This document shows, piece by piece, positions 1 through 10,365 of a stretch of DNA of 64,000 nucleotides. The position numbers were made by a program, and so were the translations under genes. Numbering within the stretch: position 1 is the first letter of the stretch; each line of letters opens with the position of its first letter. The DNA comes from Marsupella aquatica (Eukaryota; Plantae; Marchantiophyta), in the NCBI GenBank assembly GCA_973895155.1, contig OZ316895.1:5397181-5461180 (forward strand). Direction: 5' to 3'. The notes beneath the pieces were generated by a model. That model saw only the letters and a program-made list of their open reading frames with translations. It was not told the origin of the DNA and made no database searches.

Positions 1-2992
1 ACTCGCTTTAGGAAACAGCGTTGGTTGTTGGCACAACAGGCTCAAAAAATTTGTGCCCTGAGTGTTAGGCGAAAGAAGCTAGAAGATTTATTAGGAGTAG
101 CCCATGATAGGAAAGATTAAGACTGTTTCTGAGAAATATTGTGAATGGACATAGATGTGGTGCTTTTGGTGGCAAGGAAGGGTTGTGGGATTTCCTGATA
201 GATGTAGCTAAGAACTTGCAGAGAGTTGCTAAGGGTTATCGATACAGTAAGAGAACCAAGGCCTTCTCCCAAGCCATGTTTCAGTTTGGAGGCAGACAAG
301 TGGCTCATTGTTTCCAGGCTAACCTAGGTGGTCCAGGTCTAAAGACCTTGAAACGTGATAGAGCAAAACTCCCACCCTTTAGAGCTGGCATTCGAAAAGA
401 GATATTCCAGGAGGTGTGCAGAGTACTGTGTGCATCAAAGTAGTCACTTGGAATTGCAGGAGATGTACCAGTAATGTTTGCTGAAGATGAAACAAGGATC
501 AAAGAGAGACCCAGGTTTGTGTTTTTGTCTCTGTAGTAAATTAGCTTGTTTTTTTGAATGTGTTGGGTGAGTTTGCGTGTCATGAACTGATGTCTGTATT
601 CTATTGTGTGTGACAGATGGGAAGCTAAATATGACACCCTCATTGGTTTCTGTGGCCCCTTAGAAGAGCACACATGTTCTTTTGGCTTGGAAGTACTGGT
701 TGGAGCAGGTACTGAAGGGTATGACAAGATTGTAAGTACTTTTGAGCAATATGCCAAAGGCATGTATGCTAGAGTAATCATTGTCAATCCTCTACATGCA
801 AAGATGCCTAAATTGGCATTGTGTGTTCTACCAACATGTAACAAGTTTCGAGCTCCCTGGGTAAGAGAGCATTGGGTGCAGCTGAAGTCCATGTGGGACA
901 CACATTGCAGAGACAGTGTTGGTCCTTTGTTGGGCCATGCTAGTGATGGTGATGCTCGTCATAGGAAATTGATGATGGAAGATTATACTGCTGTGAATGG
1001 TTCCTTTCCTAGGTACAGTGTAGGATGGGTTGGGTGGCAATACTCAGTGTCCATACTTCCGAATGGAGATCTATATGGTTTTGGAGACCAAGACCCACCT
1101 CACAATGGCAAGAAGGCAATTAACCCATTGGACCGAGTGTCTGCTATGTTAGTTCTTGGTGATCAGCATGCATCTTTGTCATATGTCACATCTGTTTATA
1201 ACCATTATGCAATTCACGAGCATGGTTTGCATTGGGATGATGTGAATAGGACAGATAGACAAAACTGGGCTGGCCCACAACGAATAGCTTCCAGGAGAGT
1301 GCAGGCCTGCCTGCAGCATATGTATGAGCGACGAGATGTTCGTCATGACAGAAGCTTTGGGACCATGATATACTTGGAGGTTTGTGCAGACTACATAGAT
1401 ATTTTCTTCTCTGTTAAGCATGACCTAAGAACCCGTGTTGTCTTGGCATCAAAGGTATCTTGGTTCTTCCGATTGTGGAGGCTATGGTTGAGGTATGGTG
1501 ATCATTCTGTGACAGGGAATGCTGGATTTATCACAGAGAAGAACATGATTTCTGTGCAGGCTTTCCATGATATCAACATGTCTTGTCATTTTGTAGTATT
1601 GTTAGTCTGTGCCTTTCGGGACAAGTTCCCATATCTGCAAGTACCATTTCACTTGCTGGGATCAGATTGTTGTGAGATATTTTTCAGCAAGGTAGGTGGC
1701 ATGAGTGGCCATGAGAGAAATTATGACTTTGGATCTCTACTGGACAGTGTAGTGGGACTGAATCGACTAGCTGGATTAGAGTATGGACCAGAGGGATTGA
1801 AGATACGTCGATCACATGATAAACAGGATCATGTTTGGGCAACTTTACATCCTCTGGATGAAGGAGAACAAGCTCCAAATTTATTTGATTACTCTGCAGT
1901 TCTGACTAATGAGCTGGTTGTTGATGCTCTAAAGGAAGGTTTGCAGGAAGCAAAGGATTTGTTGTACAAGCTGAACATGTCACCAAGAAGTTCTTTGCCA
2001 GCAGCGAAAAGACGATGGTGGGTTCATCCTTGGGAAGTGGAGGCAGAGACTTGGCCGAATATAAGTGTCATTGTGGTGCGTCCCATGGCTCCCTAAACCC
2101 AAGAAACCCCCCAGCTCAAGCCGATTCCCGCAGGTTTCGTGCTTGGCGAGGCCGTTTCCGCGGCTTAGCGGCATGGGACGCTGCTAACCTTCTACTACTA
2201 CTATTAACATTTTACACACATATACTGGACAGATCCTTCATCGGGTCATGAGATACGTAGCCGGCCTAATATAGGCCTTCCCCTGTCTTCCCCTGTCTTC
2301 CCCTCCATCTTGTTAGGTATGTTTGGATTCCGCCGCCGGAATGATCCCCAATAGGCTTGGTTAAGCCGCTAAGACCTCTCTCAGCTCGACACATCCAACT
2401 CTCACTCCCCTGCTTACTTTCCTTCCTTCTGTTGATGTGGGCACTCTTCACACAAGTTAATGCGACACACAAATAGCAAAATGACTCCTTCTGACTGAGT
2501 CATACCATGCACTTGCCATACAAACAGTACATCTCATACACAAGTTCTGCGAACTAAGCCGTGAGGCCAACTCTATTCAGCTCTTAGGCATGAGGAAACA
2601 TGAATATACACAAGGGTCACTGTATGACTAACCGAGAGCTTCTCGTACTACTTGATCCCAGCCCGGCTGGTGCAAACTAAAAACTTGCTAAAGAAGAGGC
2701 CCTGAGCTCCCCGCTGCCCAGGTACTTATCCTGGTAGTGGATCCGCCATTCTTTGCATCGTAAGCCTAATCTACTTAACAGTAATCTACTTGCCCGAATC
2801 TACCTATGTACAGCAAGGCAGGAGCACAAGTGTTGCTCCTACCAGTGGGACCGCAATCCCACTAAGCTAAGTGTCAGGGCCGCTCCTGGTTCTGATCCTA
2901 ATCCTAAACGTGGAGATCCGCGCCCGCCCTGCCCACTCACGCCTCCTCCCTCCACGTCCGCCCTCCCTAAAAGGAACGGCGCCCTTGCACCG

Positions 2993-5900
2993 TCACGACA
3001 CCGGTGGTGGATCCTCAATGGACGCCCCCAACACTTCCTCCTCAGCCACTGCCGTTGGCCCGCCTACTGACAGATTACCTGCCCTTGACCGAGTCAACTC
3101 TCCATCGGCCTGACTGGGTCCACCTTCGGCTTCAGCCTCGACACCGGCCTCGGCAATACCCACAGCTTTGGCCTCAGCCACTCCCACGGCTTCGGCTTCA
3201 GCCACTCCCTCGGCTTCGGCCTCAGCCACTCCCTCGGCTTCGGCCTCAGCCACTCCCACGGCTTCGGCCTCCCCTTCCCCTAGGGTAGTTGGATCCTTAG
3301 CCGTGACCCTGTCTGGGGTCGGTGCTGGGTCTACCTCCTTGATCACCACGGCCTGTGAAGTCGTATTACTCCTTGACCCTGAAGGTTTCCGCTTCTTCTT
3401 CGTTGGTGGCTCGGCAGCTGGTCCCTTCCCCTTCCCACTTACTTCCGGCACTGGTGCAGGTGGCGCGGCTTGTCCTTCGGCAATTACCACCCCTGGTAAC
3501 TGGTTTGTCCCAACGGGAGATGGACCTGCTGCAGCTAAGCATTTAAATACTGCGGCTTGTTTCTTCAGCCGCTCTGTTTGGTTGTCGGCCCGCCGCTGTA
3601 GGTTCTCCATCTTCCTCGTGATTTCCTCCAACTCCTCTTGGGTTTCATCCAGGTCCTTACGTGCCCCCTCCAGCTCGTTTTTGGCCTCCTCCTGCTCCCT
3701 GTGGGCTTCCTCCAATTCCTTCTTCAAGGTAGCCCTCTCCTCCTGGGTTGCTCTTAGCTCCTTGTCGAGCTCTGCAATGATGACAGACTCCATCTGGTTC
3801 ATCTTGGCGTAAGTCTGTTTGAGCATCTCGTCCTTCTCCCTTAGGTCGGCCTTGAAGCTGGCCGTCAGGGACGCAAGCTCCTGCTGCAGCGCCATAATCC
3901 CTTGATAGGATTTCCCTAACTCGACCTCCTTCTGCTCAAGGGCTCCGCGGATTTTCTCGAGCTCCCCTTTCAACGCCCATTCCTTTCTTTGGGTCTCCGC
4001 CATGGCCCGGCTGTTGGCTGTTATGTGGGCCTCCTCTGTATTCTTCAGCTCTTGCTTCCACTTTTCCCTCTCTTTGATCGTGTCGGCCAACTCTTCCTGC
4101 GTCTGAGTCAGTTTATCCTTGATATTCTGATTATCAGCCTGCGCGGCGTCCAATTGCCCCTGCATGATGTTCAGCTCATGTCGTTTAATCCGCAGTTCAT
4201 CTTGGGCTTTCTTGGCCGCCCTTAGATCTTCAATCTTGGCTCCCATCCTCCTAAGCCGCCGAATGACCTCGTCCTTCTTGCTTCTCTCTAAAGCCACCGC
4301 TTCTTCTAATTGGTGCTTCTCCAACTGCTCCCTATGGAAAAAGGGTCCTACCTCCAACTCCTCTCCAAAGATGCCGAGCGCAAGTTCCCCACACATCTCA
4401 CCATACTCCATGGCTCTATTCTTAGCGTAGGTGGAGTAAGTAGAAGTGATCGGCATCGCCCATCGTGGCCTCTGCTCCCAAGCCGTCCTGCGGATCTCTT
4501 CAATCGTGGCTAGAGGTTTGCTTCCTTTTTCGGCTAGCCGCCTGATGTCCTCCGGCCAATCTCCTCCTGGTAAATCCTTTTCCTTAGCCAGGGCGACCTC
4601 TTCCTCCTGCTTGATTCACTCCTGAAATTCCTGCACCGTCTATTTTATGCCGTCGAAGCTCGGGGGAGAAACATCTGGTGGGGGAGACTCAGGGCTACTC
4701 TGCTGGTTGGGGTCCCCTCGCACTACCCTTGGAAGTGTGGGGACAAACCGGCCACAGGTCCTTACTCCTGGAACGTGATGGTCCGACCCATAGCCGGAAT
4801 TATCATGGCTGCAGTCCTCCACTGCCTCCTCTACCTCTTGGACGTCCGGCTTCTCCCTCTCCTCTTCCTCGATAGGAGCTTCAGGCAATTCTGCCTCAGA
4901 TTCGGAGCTTGAGGTTCCCACGTACATTCGAACACCTGGCTTGGATTCCGGCCTGATTCTCTCCTTGTCTCCAGCAAAGGGGTTTTCTCTTGTGAGCCGG
5001 TGTAGGCCTACCTCTGTAGTAGTGTCCTGCATTGTTGCCGTTGCCGTTGTTGTTGTTGTTGCCGATGCCGATTTCTTTTCTTTCTCCAGTAGTTTCAGCA
5101 GACTCTGCATGCCTGGTTGCTGCATCGGCAAGTCTTCCTTCCTGGGCCTAAACACCTGCTCGATCGTAGGACTAACAGATGGTTGAGGCTTCTCAGCCAA
5201 CGGCCTCGGTGTTGGAGCTTCCTCGGGTGCCCTTACCTGCAGGGGAAGTACCGGGGCAAAAGTCTGACCTCTGGCATACCGGCACAACAGCGGCATGTGA
5301 TAGCCAAGCCGCGACACGCTCCCCATGCCGATTACCTGCTGCTCCTCCTTTAAGATCTTCTTCAATTGGTTGAGGAGGTACCCGTTGTAGTCCCGGCTTG
5401 GGTCTGGCCTTTCTGCCAGATAGACCTGTGCCTTGCCGATCTCTGCCCTCGGCAAGTTACAATGCATGGTCACCCGCAAGAAGTCGATCATCTCTCCTAT
5501 GTGCGGGTTGGTGCAGGTGTTCCGGAAGAAGCCATTCTTCGTTGATGGCCCGGGGAACGACCGGAACTCCTTGTCAGGCAAGGTCTTCCTGGTATCAACT
5601 TTGGTCTTATTGCCTATCGGCAGGCCAAACACTTCGGCAATTACCTTGGGAGTAAGATAGAAATCCTTCCCATATATCCTCGTGCAATTGGTCTCGGGTT
5701 CCCATGACCCCACGAATTCTAATAGGTCTGACTCCGGTACCTCCGGCTTCAGCCATGGTAATCTTACAAAGGCCTCCAAGCCGGATCCGGCCATGAAGCC
5801 TTGGTACTTCTTGGTCTGCATGGCCGTAAAGCATGCATCCTCCTCCCGTGCAAAATGTAGTTGCACCTCCACCGGTAGGGTTGCCGCCCAGCCCTTCCAG

Positions 5901-6670
5901 GTGTCATCCCTGGTTGGAATGGCCTTGATGGGATCGACCTCCTCCTCTTCGGCTTCTCCCTGCCTCCTGCTCTGCTGCTCGGCTGGCTTCTTTGGTGCCG
6001 CCGACCTCGTTCTTTTTGCCGGGGTGGCTTCATCATTGACGGCTCCCTTCCTCTTCATCTCTGCTGCCGTGGAGGTTTCTCCTAGCACCGTTGCCTGGGT
6101 CCACCTTTCCGTGCTACCCTTTAATTCCCAGTGTATGTCGTTGCAGTTCTTGATGGCCTCTCGGATGCCGACGACGCTGTCTTTGCAAAACAGAAGATCG
6201 TCGAGTTGATTGGAAGTAGGCGTCCACAGGAACTCGTCCTTGATGAGTTCGCCTCCTAAGAAAGCCGTCTTCTGCAGCTCCCACAATCGAGCGAGCTCCT
6301 GCCATTCTCGAGCTGCCCTTTCTGACTCCTCGTCCTCGTAAGTCTTGATGTACTCAGTTGCCCGTTCGAACAGGCATCCCCAGAAATGTGCCGCTTGATT
6401 GACGTTGCTCATACCCTCCTTAGGTTGATCGTCGGTATCTACTCTCTCCCCGAGTGCTTGCCTAAGCAGTTGACAGTAGTTGGCCTCCCGTAGTCGTCTG
6501 CCTAGTTCGTGCTCGCAAATGAGCCACCATCTCCTGCAAGCGCTCCTTACCCCTCTCCTCTTCCGGTCCTTCTTCCCGTTGATCCTTCCTAGCCGCCGAC
6601 GCTTAACGCGCCCTAACCCTAATCGGGTTTTCACCCTTAGCCTTACCTCCGGCCTCGGCCCGGGTTCCAT
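2993..6670 (-). pseudogene. ~1,225-codon ORF inside the LTR: basic N-terminus, plant-mobile-domain/transposon-accessory-like domain, long coiled coil, low-complexity tail; two in-frame stops
   Basis: ORFs 4640..6709 and 2993..4456 share one frame, separated only by TAG (4640-4642) and TGA (4616-4618). ATG in ACCATGG context at 6670. The motif LLEFVGSW...IYGKDFYLTPKVIAEVFGLPIG resembles PMD/plant transposon accessory proteins. An E/K/L/Q-rich heptad region lies at ~3560-4320. Confidence 0.72.
3140..3270. repeat. 24-bp coding tandem repeat (AEAEGVAE-like units, ~5 copies)
   Basis: Repeated GGCTTCGGCCTCAGCCACTCCC(T/A)C units. Confidence 0.85.
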
Positions 6671-7819
6671 GGTTGCCCCTAATTGTTTATATTTTCCTTG
6701 TTTTGTCACTATACTAAGGTGTTCCTAGGGTGCCTTCCTGCTTTACCCACTTAACCGGCCGAGTGATTCCTGTCTAGGCATCACAGTCATGAAAGAGGCT
6801 GTGTTATGTGATGATGCTGAAGACACAGTTGAGCATCGATCTACTGTAGGCCCTAGACCTGAGCCCCCAATTGGAGAGTTTCTAGAGTTTGAAGATCCTG
6901 AAGATCTCAATCGGATTGATTCATGGGACACTCTGGACAGTCAGGATTGTATTGAGCCACTAACAGTTGATGATTGTTCAATTGAGGTGGATACTAACCC
7001 ATTTTGTGAGATGGAGACACTAGGACATGAAGTAAGGCATGTCTTGGCTGGAGTTCAAGCAGACTTAACTGATGTGCAGACACCCCGGTCAGTAGTGTCT
7101 ACTGTAACTTATGAGGGAAGGACTATCTACAAGTCCACTCTTGTGAGTCAATTGTGCTGCAATCCTTTCATGTCAAAGGATAGGCTAACTAGGATAGCCC
7201 AGAAGACCTATTACACTACTGGTAAGGAGAAAGAAAATGGTGACTCTGTGACTTGTTTGGTTGACATTGGTACTGATATAGCAGTTTTGTTTGAGTCTGC
7301 TGCAGAGGTTGGTCCTTCTACCAGATCATCCAAGTCAAAGAAGAGGAAGGGAATAGATAAAGGGCCTATTGTTGATGCAACATCTGCAAAGAAGGAATAT
7401 TGGTTGGGTAGGATTGAGTTTATGATACAGAAGAATGGCTCCCATTGGGTCAGACGTCGGAAAGCAATAGATCTGTTGGACAGGCCTGTACCTGCAGTTG
7501 GACAGAGTGGAAGTGTGTGCCGCTTGCAGTGTAATTGGTACAAATCTACTGGTAACAACAAAACTTTGTTCACTTATGATGCAACAGATGGACAATGGAT
7601 TGATATTGAGATGGTAATTTCAAATGTGAACTTGACAATGAAGTCTGGTATAGTTGACAGAGTGTATGTACTAGATGCAAGTGACTTGCAAGCTTTGACT
7701 ACATACATTCAAAGTGTGAGTAAATTGTGATATATAATTGACTATGGTTTATTAAAAGTAGTTTGTTGTGTGTGTATGTAATGCATGTGTAGGGTTAGTG
7801 GGAGGGAGTAGAGTAGGGG

Positions 7820-7878
7820 ATGGCGGATTGGCAAATTGAGATTTATGCTCAATCAGGGGTTCAATTCCCCTCCGTCAT
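7820..7878 (+). other. tRNA-like fold lacking a D arm, in the 3' region of the P-like element
   Basis: 7-bp closing stem ATGGCGG/CCGTCAT, hairpin ATTGAG-ATTTATG-CTCAAT and T-arm AGGGG-TTCAATT-CCCCT. A-box-like TGGCGGATTGG and B-box-like GGTTCAATTCC are also present. Not a canonical tRNA. Confidence 0.35.
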
Positions 7879-7960
7879 GTGGACATTATCATGCATGAGT
7901 CTGTGAAGGAAGGTAGAGATGTGGACATCATCATGCGGAAGTTTGTGAAACAAGGTAGAG
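7877..7960. repeat. 42-bp tandem duplication
   Basis: ATGTGGACAT(T/C)ATCATGC...TGTGAA...AAGGTAGAG at 7877-7918 and 7919-7960. Confidence 0.85.
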
Positions 7961-8369
7961 TACCGATGCCTTGAATAGGCAACCTAAGGTGTTCGGTTAC
8001 CTATTCATAGTATCTGGCACCCACCATGCTTCACTATTCAAGAGTGAAAACTACAAGTTGTTGCATGATAATGAATGCAATTTACAATATATTCAGCTTC
8101 ATGATATAAATTCATTGAATGTATTGGAAATGTGCATTAATTTGCACAATTGGCTCTACACTATTGAGGTACTTTACTTTCCTTAATAGGCATTTTTTAA
8201 ATCATCATAAAACTTTCCATAAAGTTTTATAGGGGTAAACAATTCAAAAAATGGTCACTTTTCAGAAAGTGAGGGAGTGGGGAAAAAAAAATTTCACTTA
8301 AAAGTTAGGGGGTCCAAACCCTAAAATGTCGCACGTGATGTAGAGCCCTACATACAGTGACCCCCCTGA

Positions 8370-8939
8370 GGGTACAGTGTACCACCTAGTTTGAAGGTGT
8401 TGCAATATAAGGCCTGCAGAGCCTATGGGCATCATTGGAGAACCGTTCCATCACTTGGCTCTTTGATTGACTGTGACTCTTCTGGGTTCAAGACATTTGA
8501 TTCTGGGATGGCTTCTACATTCACTGAGAAGCGAGTGAATAGAGCAGGTGCAACAATAGATGAGTTGGTGCAGTATGTGGGAGTGTTGACAGACATATTA
8601 GTACTAAACTATGGGGGATTGAGAAAGGAAGTGGTCCTTTTCAAAGGGCGATGGGCAAACCCATCTTGGACTCCTAAAGCCTCTGCAAGTATGAGGTATT
8701 CAGAGTCTGGCCTTTGGCAGGTGAATTTTCAGAAGGAGCTTGGTGCTTCCAAAAGAATGGACTATGTATTCCCACGGCAGTTAGAGCAAGTGTTCTTTTA
8801 CCCGAATGAGAAGGGGATTGCATGGAGGACAGTCCTCCACAAAGAATCCAGGTCGACAAGGGTGGCCGGTGAATATATGGAAGTTGATTTCCATGATACT
8901 ATGGAAAACAATGCCAAGTATCACATACAGCTAGCATAA
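8370..8939 (+). pseudogene. CACTA Tnp2/TnpD transposase C-terminal part (DUF4216-like), cut off from its N-terminus by the P element
   Basis: YVGVLTDILVLNYGGLRKEVVLFKGRW and YVFPRQLEQVFFYPNEKGIAWRTVL match the DUF4216 pattern. Confidence 0.8.
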
Positions 8940-10365
8940 GCCTATACCAGTAGATCGCAGCCTAGCCCAAGTACTACCGACAAAGGAAAAAGGAAGTATA
9001 AAAAGAAGTAATCAGGTTGTAGCTTAGTTACAATCAGGGTATGTTTGGTTTATTTAATTTAGACTAAAGTTTTATCCATGGATGCTCCAGTTTGTGAATG
9101 CAGCCTACCGTTCCATATGAGGAGGAACAAAATAGGAACATAGCAGAAATCAACAAGAAATTGGCAGAGCTACTTGGTGACAGTCCAAGCCTTTTCATGT
9201 ATGTATGAACTTGTCCTGTTGCAATCGGATTGAATTACAGTCTTTGCTCTTATGTCAAATCAGTTTCTTCCATGCTGAACACATGTTCTCTCTTATGGTG
9301 TTGATCTATTAATGTTTGGTTTGTCAGAAAGAGTGCAGCACAGGTAGGGCCCAAAAAGAGAAGTCGTGCACATCGAGCATCTACTACAACTCAGATAACC
9401 ACACAGAGAAGGCAGAGCTCTAGATTATCAAAGCTTGCGACAGTGAACATGGAAGAGTCTGGTGAGGAGGGCTCTGGATCAGAATACGACACTGAGGCTG
9501 AGTACACAGCAGATGATGGACCAGATAATTTGTCCAAGGTAATCTTGTTTTATTTCAATACCCTTGAAGGGAGTAACATGTATGTTGAACAGTAATGTCA
9601 TCAAGTTACAGGTCTGGACATTGTGTGTTACTTGGCCAGGAGGTACAAAAGGAACCACAGAATAAGTCTGCAGAGAAACAACCTGCCCCCAACAGGGTAG
9701 GGCCTACAATGAATGGAATGGTGCAATGTTGGAGAGACCCTGCCACTGGCGAGCTATGGCAAAGTGAGAAACCCTAAACGCTTTCCAATGCATTGTGATT
9801 TTTCATTTCCTCAAAATTTCAAAATTCTGTGAAATAATGTTGATTTATGTCAACAATAAGACTCATGACCTGAGTGGTTGGTGTGACTTTTAGTGGTTCC
9901 ATCAGCATCCCTCGGAAAATCAGGACAGTCTGGAGTAGTGAGCTCTACTCAACGTTCAGGTATGTCAAAGTCATTCATGACTGATGAAGGTTCAGTTTTC
10001 TTTGTGTATTACACAATTATGAGATCTAATTTTGCAAGCTGCAATGTAGAGAACACCAGCAATCCATCCCAGCAGCGTAGGCAGTCTAGGCAGGCCAAGA
10101 GGAAATTTGATGCTACTTATCAACAGAGGAAGTCTCAAAACCTGAAGGGCAAAGAAATAGCGGTAAGACTTGAATTACTCCATAGATCTACTGTCAGTTG
10201 AGCTTTGTCCTTTCGTGGCCTACAAATAGTATAGGGCAAGGTGTACAATTTTATTTACACAGTAACTGTGGTGCTTGTTCATGTGTAGAAATTGATCGAT
10301 CATGGTGATTTTTGCAGGTTTTTGACAATGATATTGACGATTCTCATCCAAATAAACAGTACTAG

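Larger units (their letters stand above)
2072..6785 (-). mobile_element. 4,714-bp solo LTR (or internally deleted LTR retroelement) carrying a long ORF
   Basis: Starts TGTGGTGC and ends GCATCACA (TG...CA, 7/8 terminal inverted match). Flanked by a perfect 5-bp direct repeat GTCAT (2067-2071 and 6786-6790). Excision restores the host reading frame. No second LTR copy, PBS, PPT or pol motifs are visible inside. Confidence 0.82.
1..7730 (+). pseudogene. P-element/THAP9-like transposase, disrupted (frameshift ~118, TAG 441-443, intron 515-616, LTR insertion 2072-6785)
   Basis: Splicing GT515..AG616 gives VMFAEDETRIKERPRWEAKYDTLIGFCG, followed by GHASDGD, DQDPPHNGKKAINPL and LGSDCCEIFFSKVGG. These match the P-family FDEMxI..D..GF, SD(Q)G, DxPHxxKxxRN and SQDxLExFF motifs in order. 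Removing the insertion and one GTCAT copy joins ORF 606.. in frame to ORF 6789..7730 (WPNISV-MKEAVL). Confidence 0.75.
1..8368 (+). mobile_element. P-superfamily DNA transposon, right part (left end outside window), interrupted by a solo LTR
   Basis: Contains a P/THAP9-like DDE transposase. The sequence ends ...CATACAGTGACCCCCCTG at 8368 (reverse complement 5'-CAGGGGGGTCAC, fitting the CA-N-R-G start typical of P-family TIRs), and an unrelated CACTA reading frame (GYSVPPSLKV) resumes immediately after. The TSD cannot be checked. Confidence 0.62.

Noticed and set aside
2072-2260. Group II intron or ribozyme at the structured end of the insertion
   Set aside because: No GUGYG start, no domain V consensus and no CUGANGA/GAAA hammerhead core on either strand.
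3168-6209. Plus-strand ORFs overlapping the LTR gene (3168..3812, 5682..6209 and others)
   Set aside because: Antisense shadows of a GC-rich coding frame with S/A-rich low-complexity translations.
2053-6762. Alternative insertion boundaries: GGCCGA direct repeat (2053-2058 / 6757-6762) with CACTTA/TAAGTG arms, resembling a tyrosine-recombinase att site
   Set aside because: It also restores the frame, but the GTCAT TSD with TG...CA inverted ends is the canonical LTR signature and needs no extra assumption. An empty-site copy reading WPNISVMKE rather than WPSDSCLGITVMKE would settle it.
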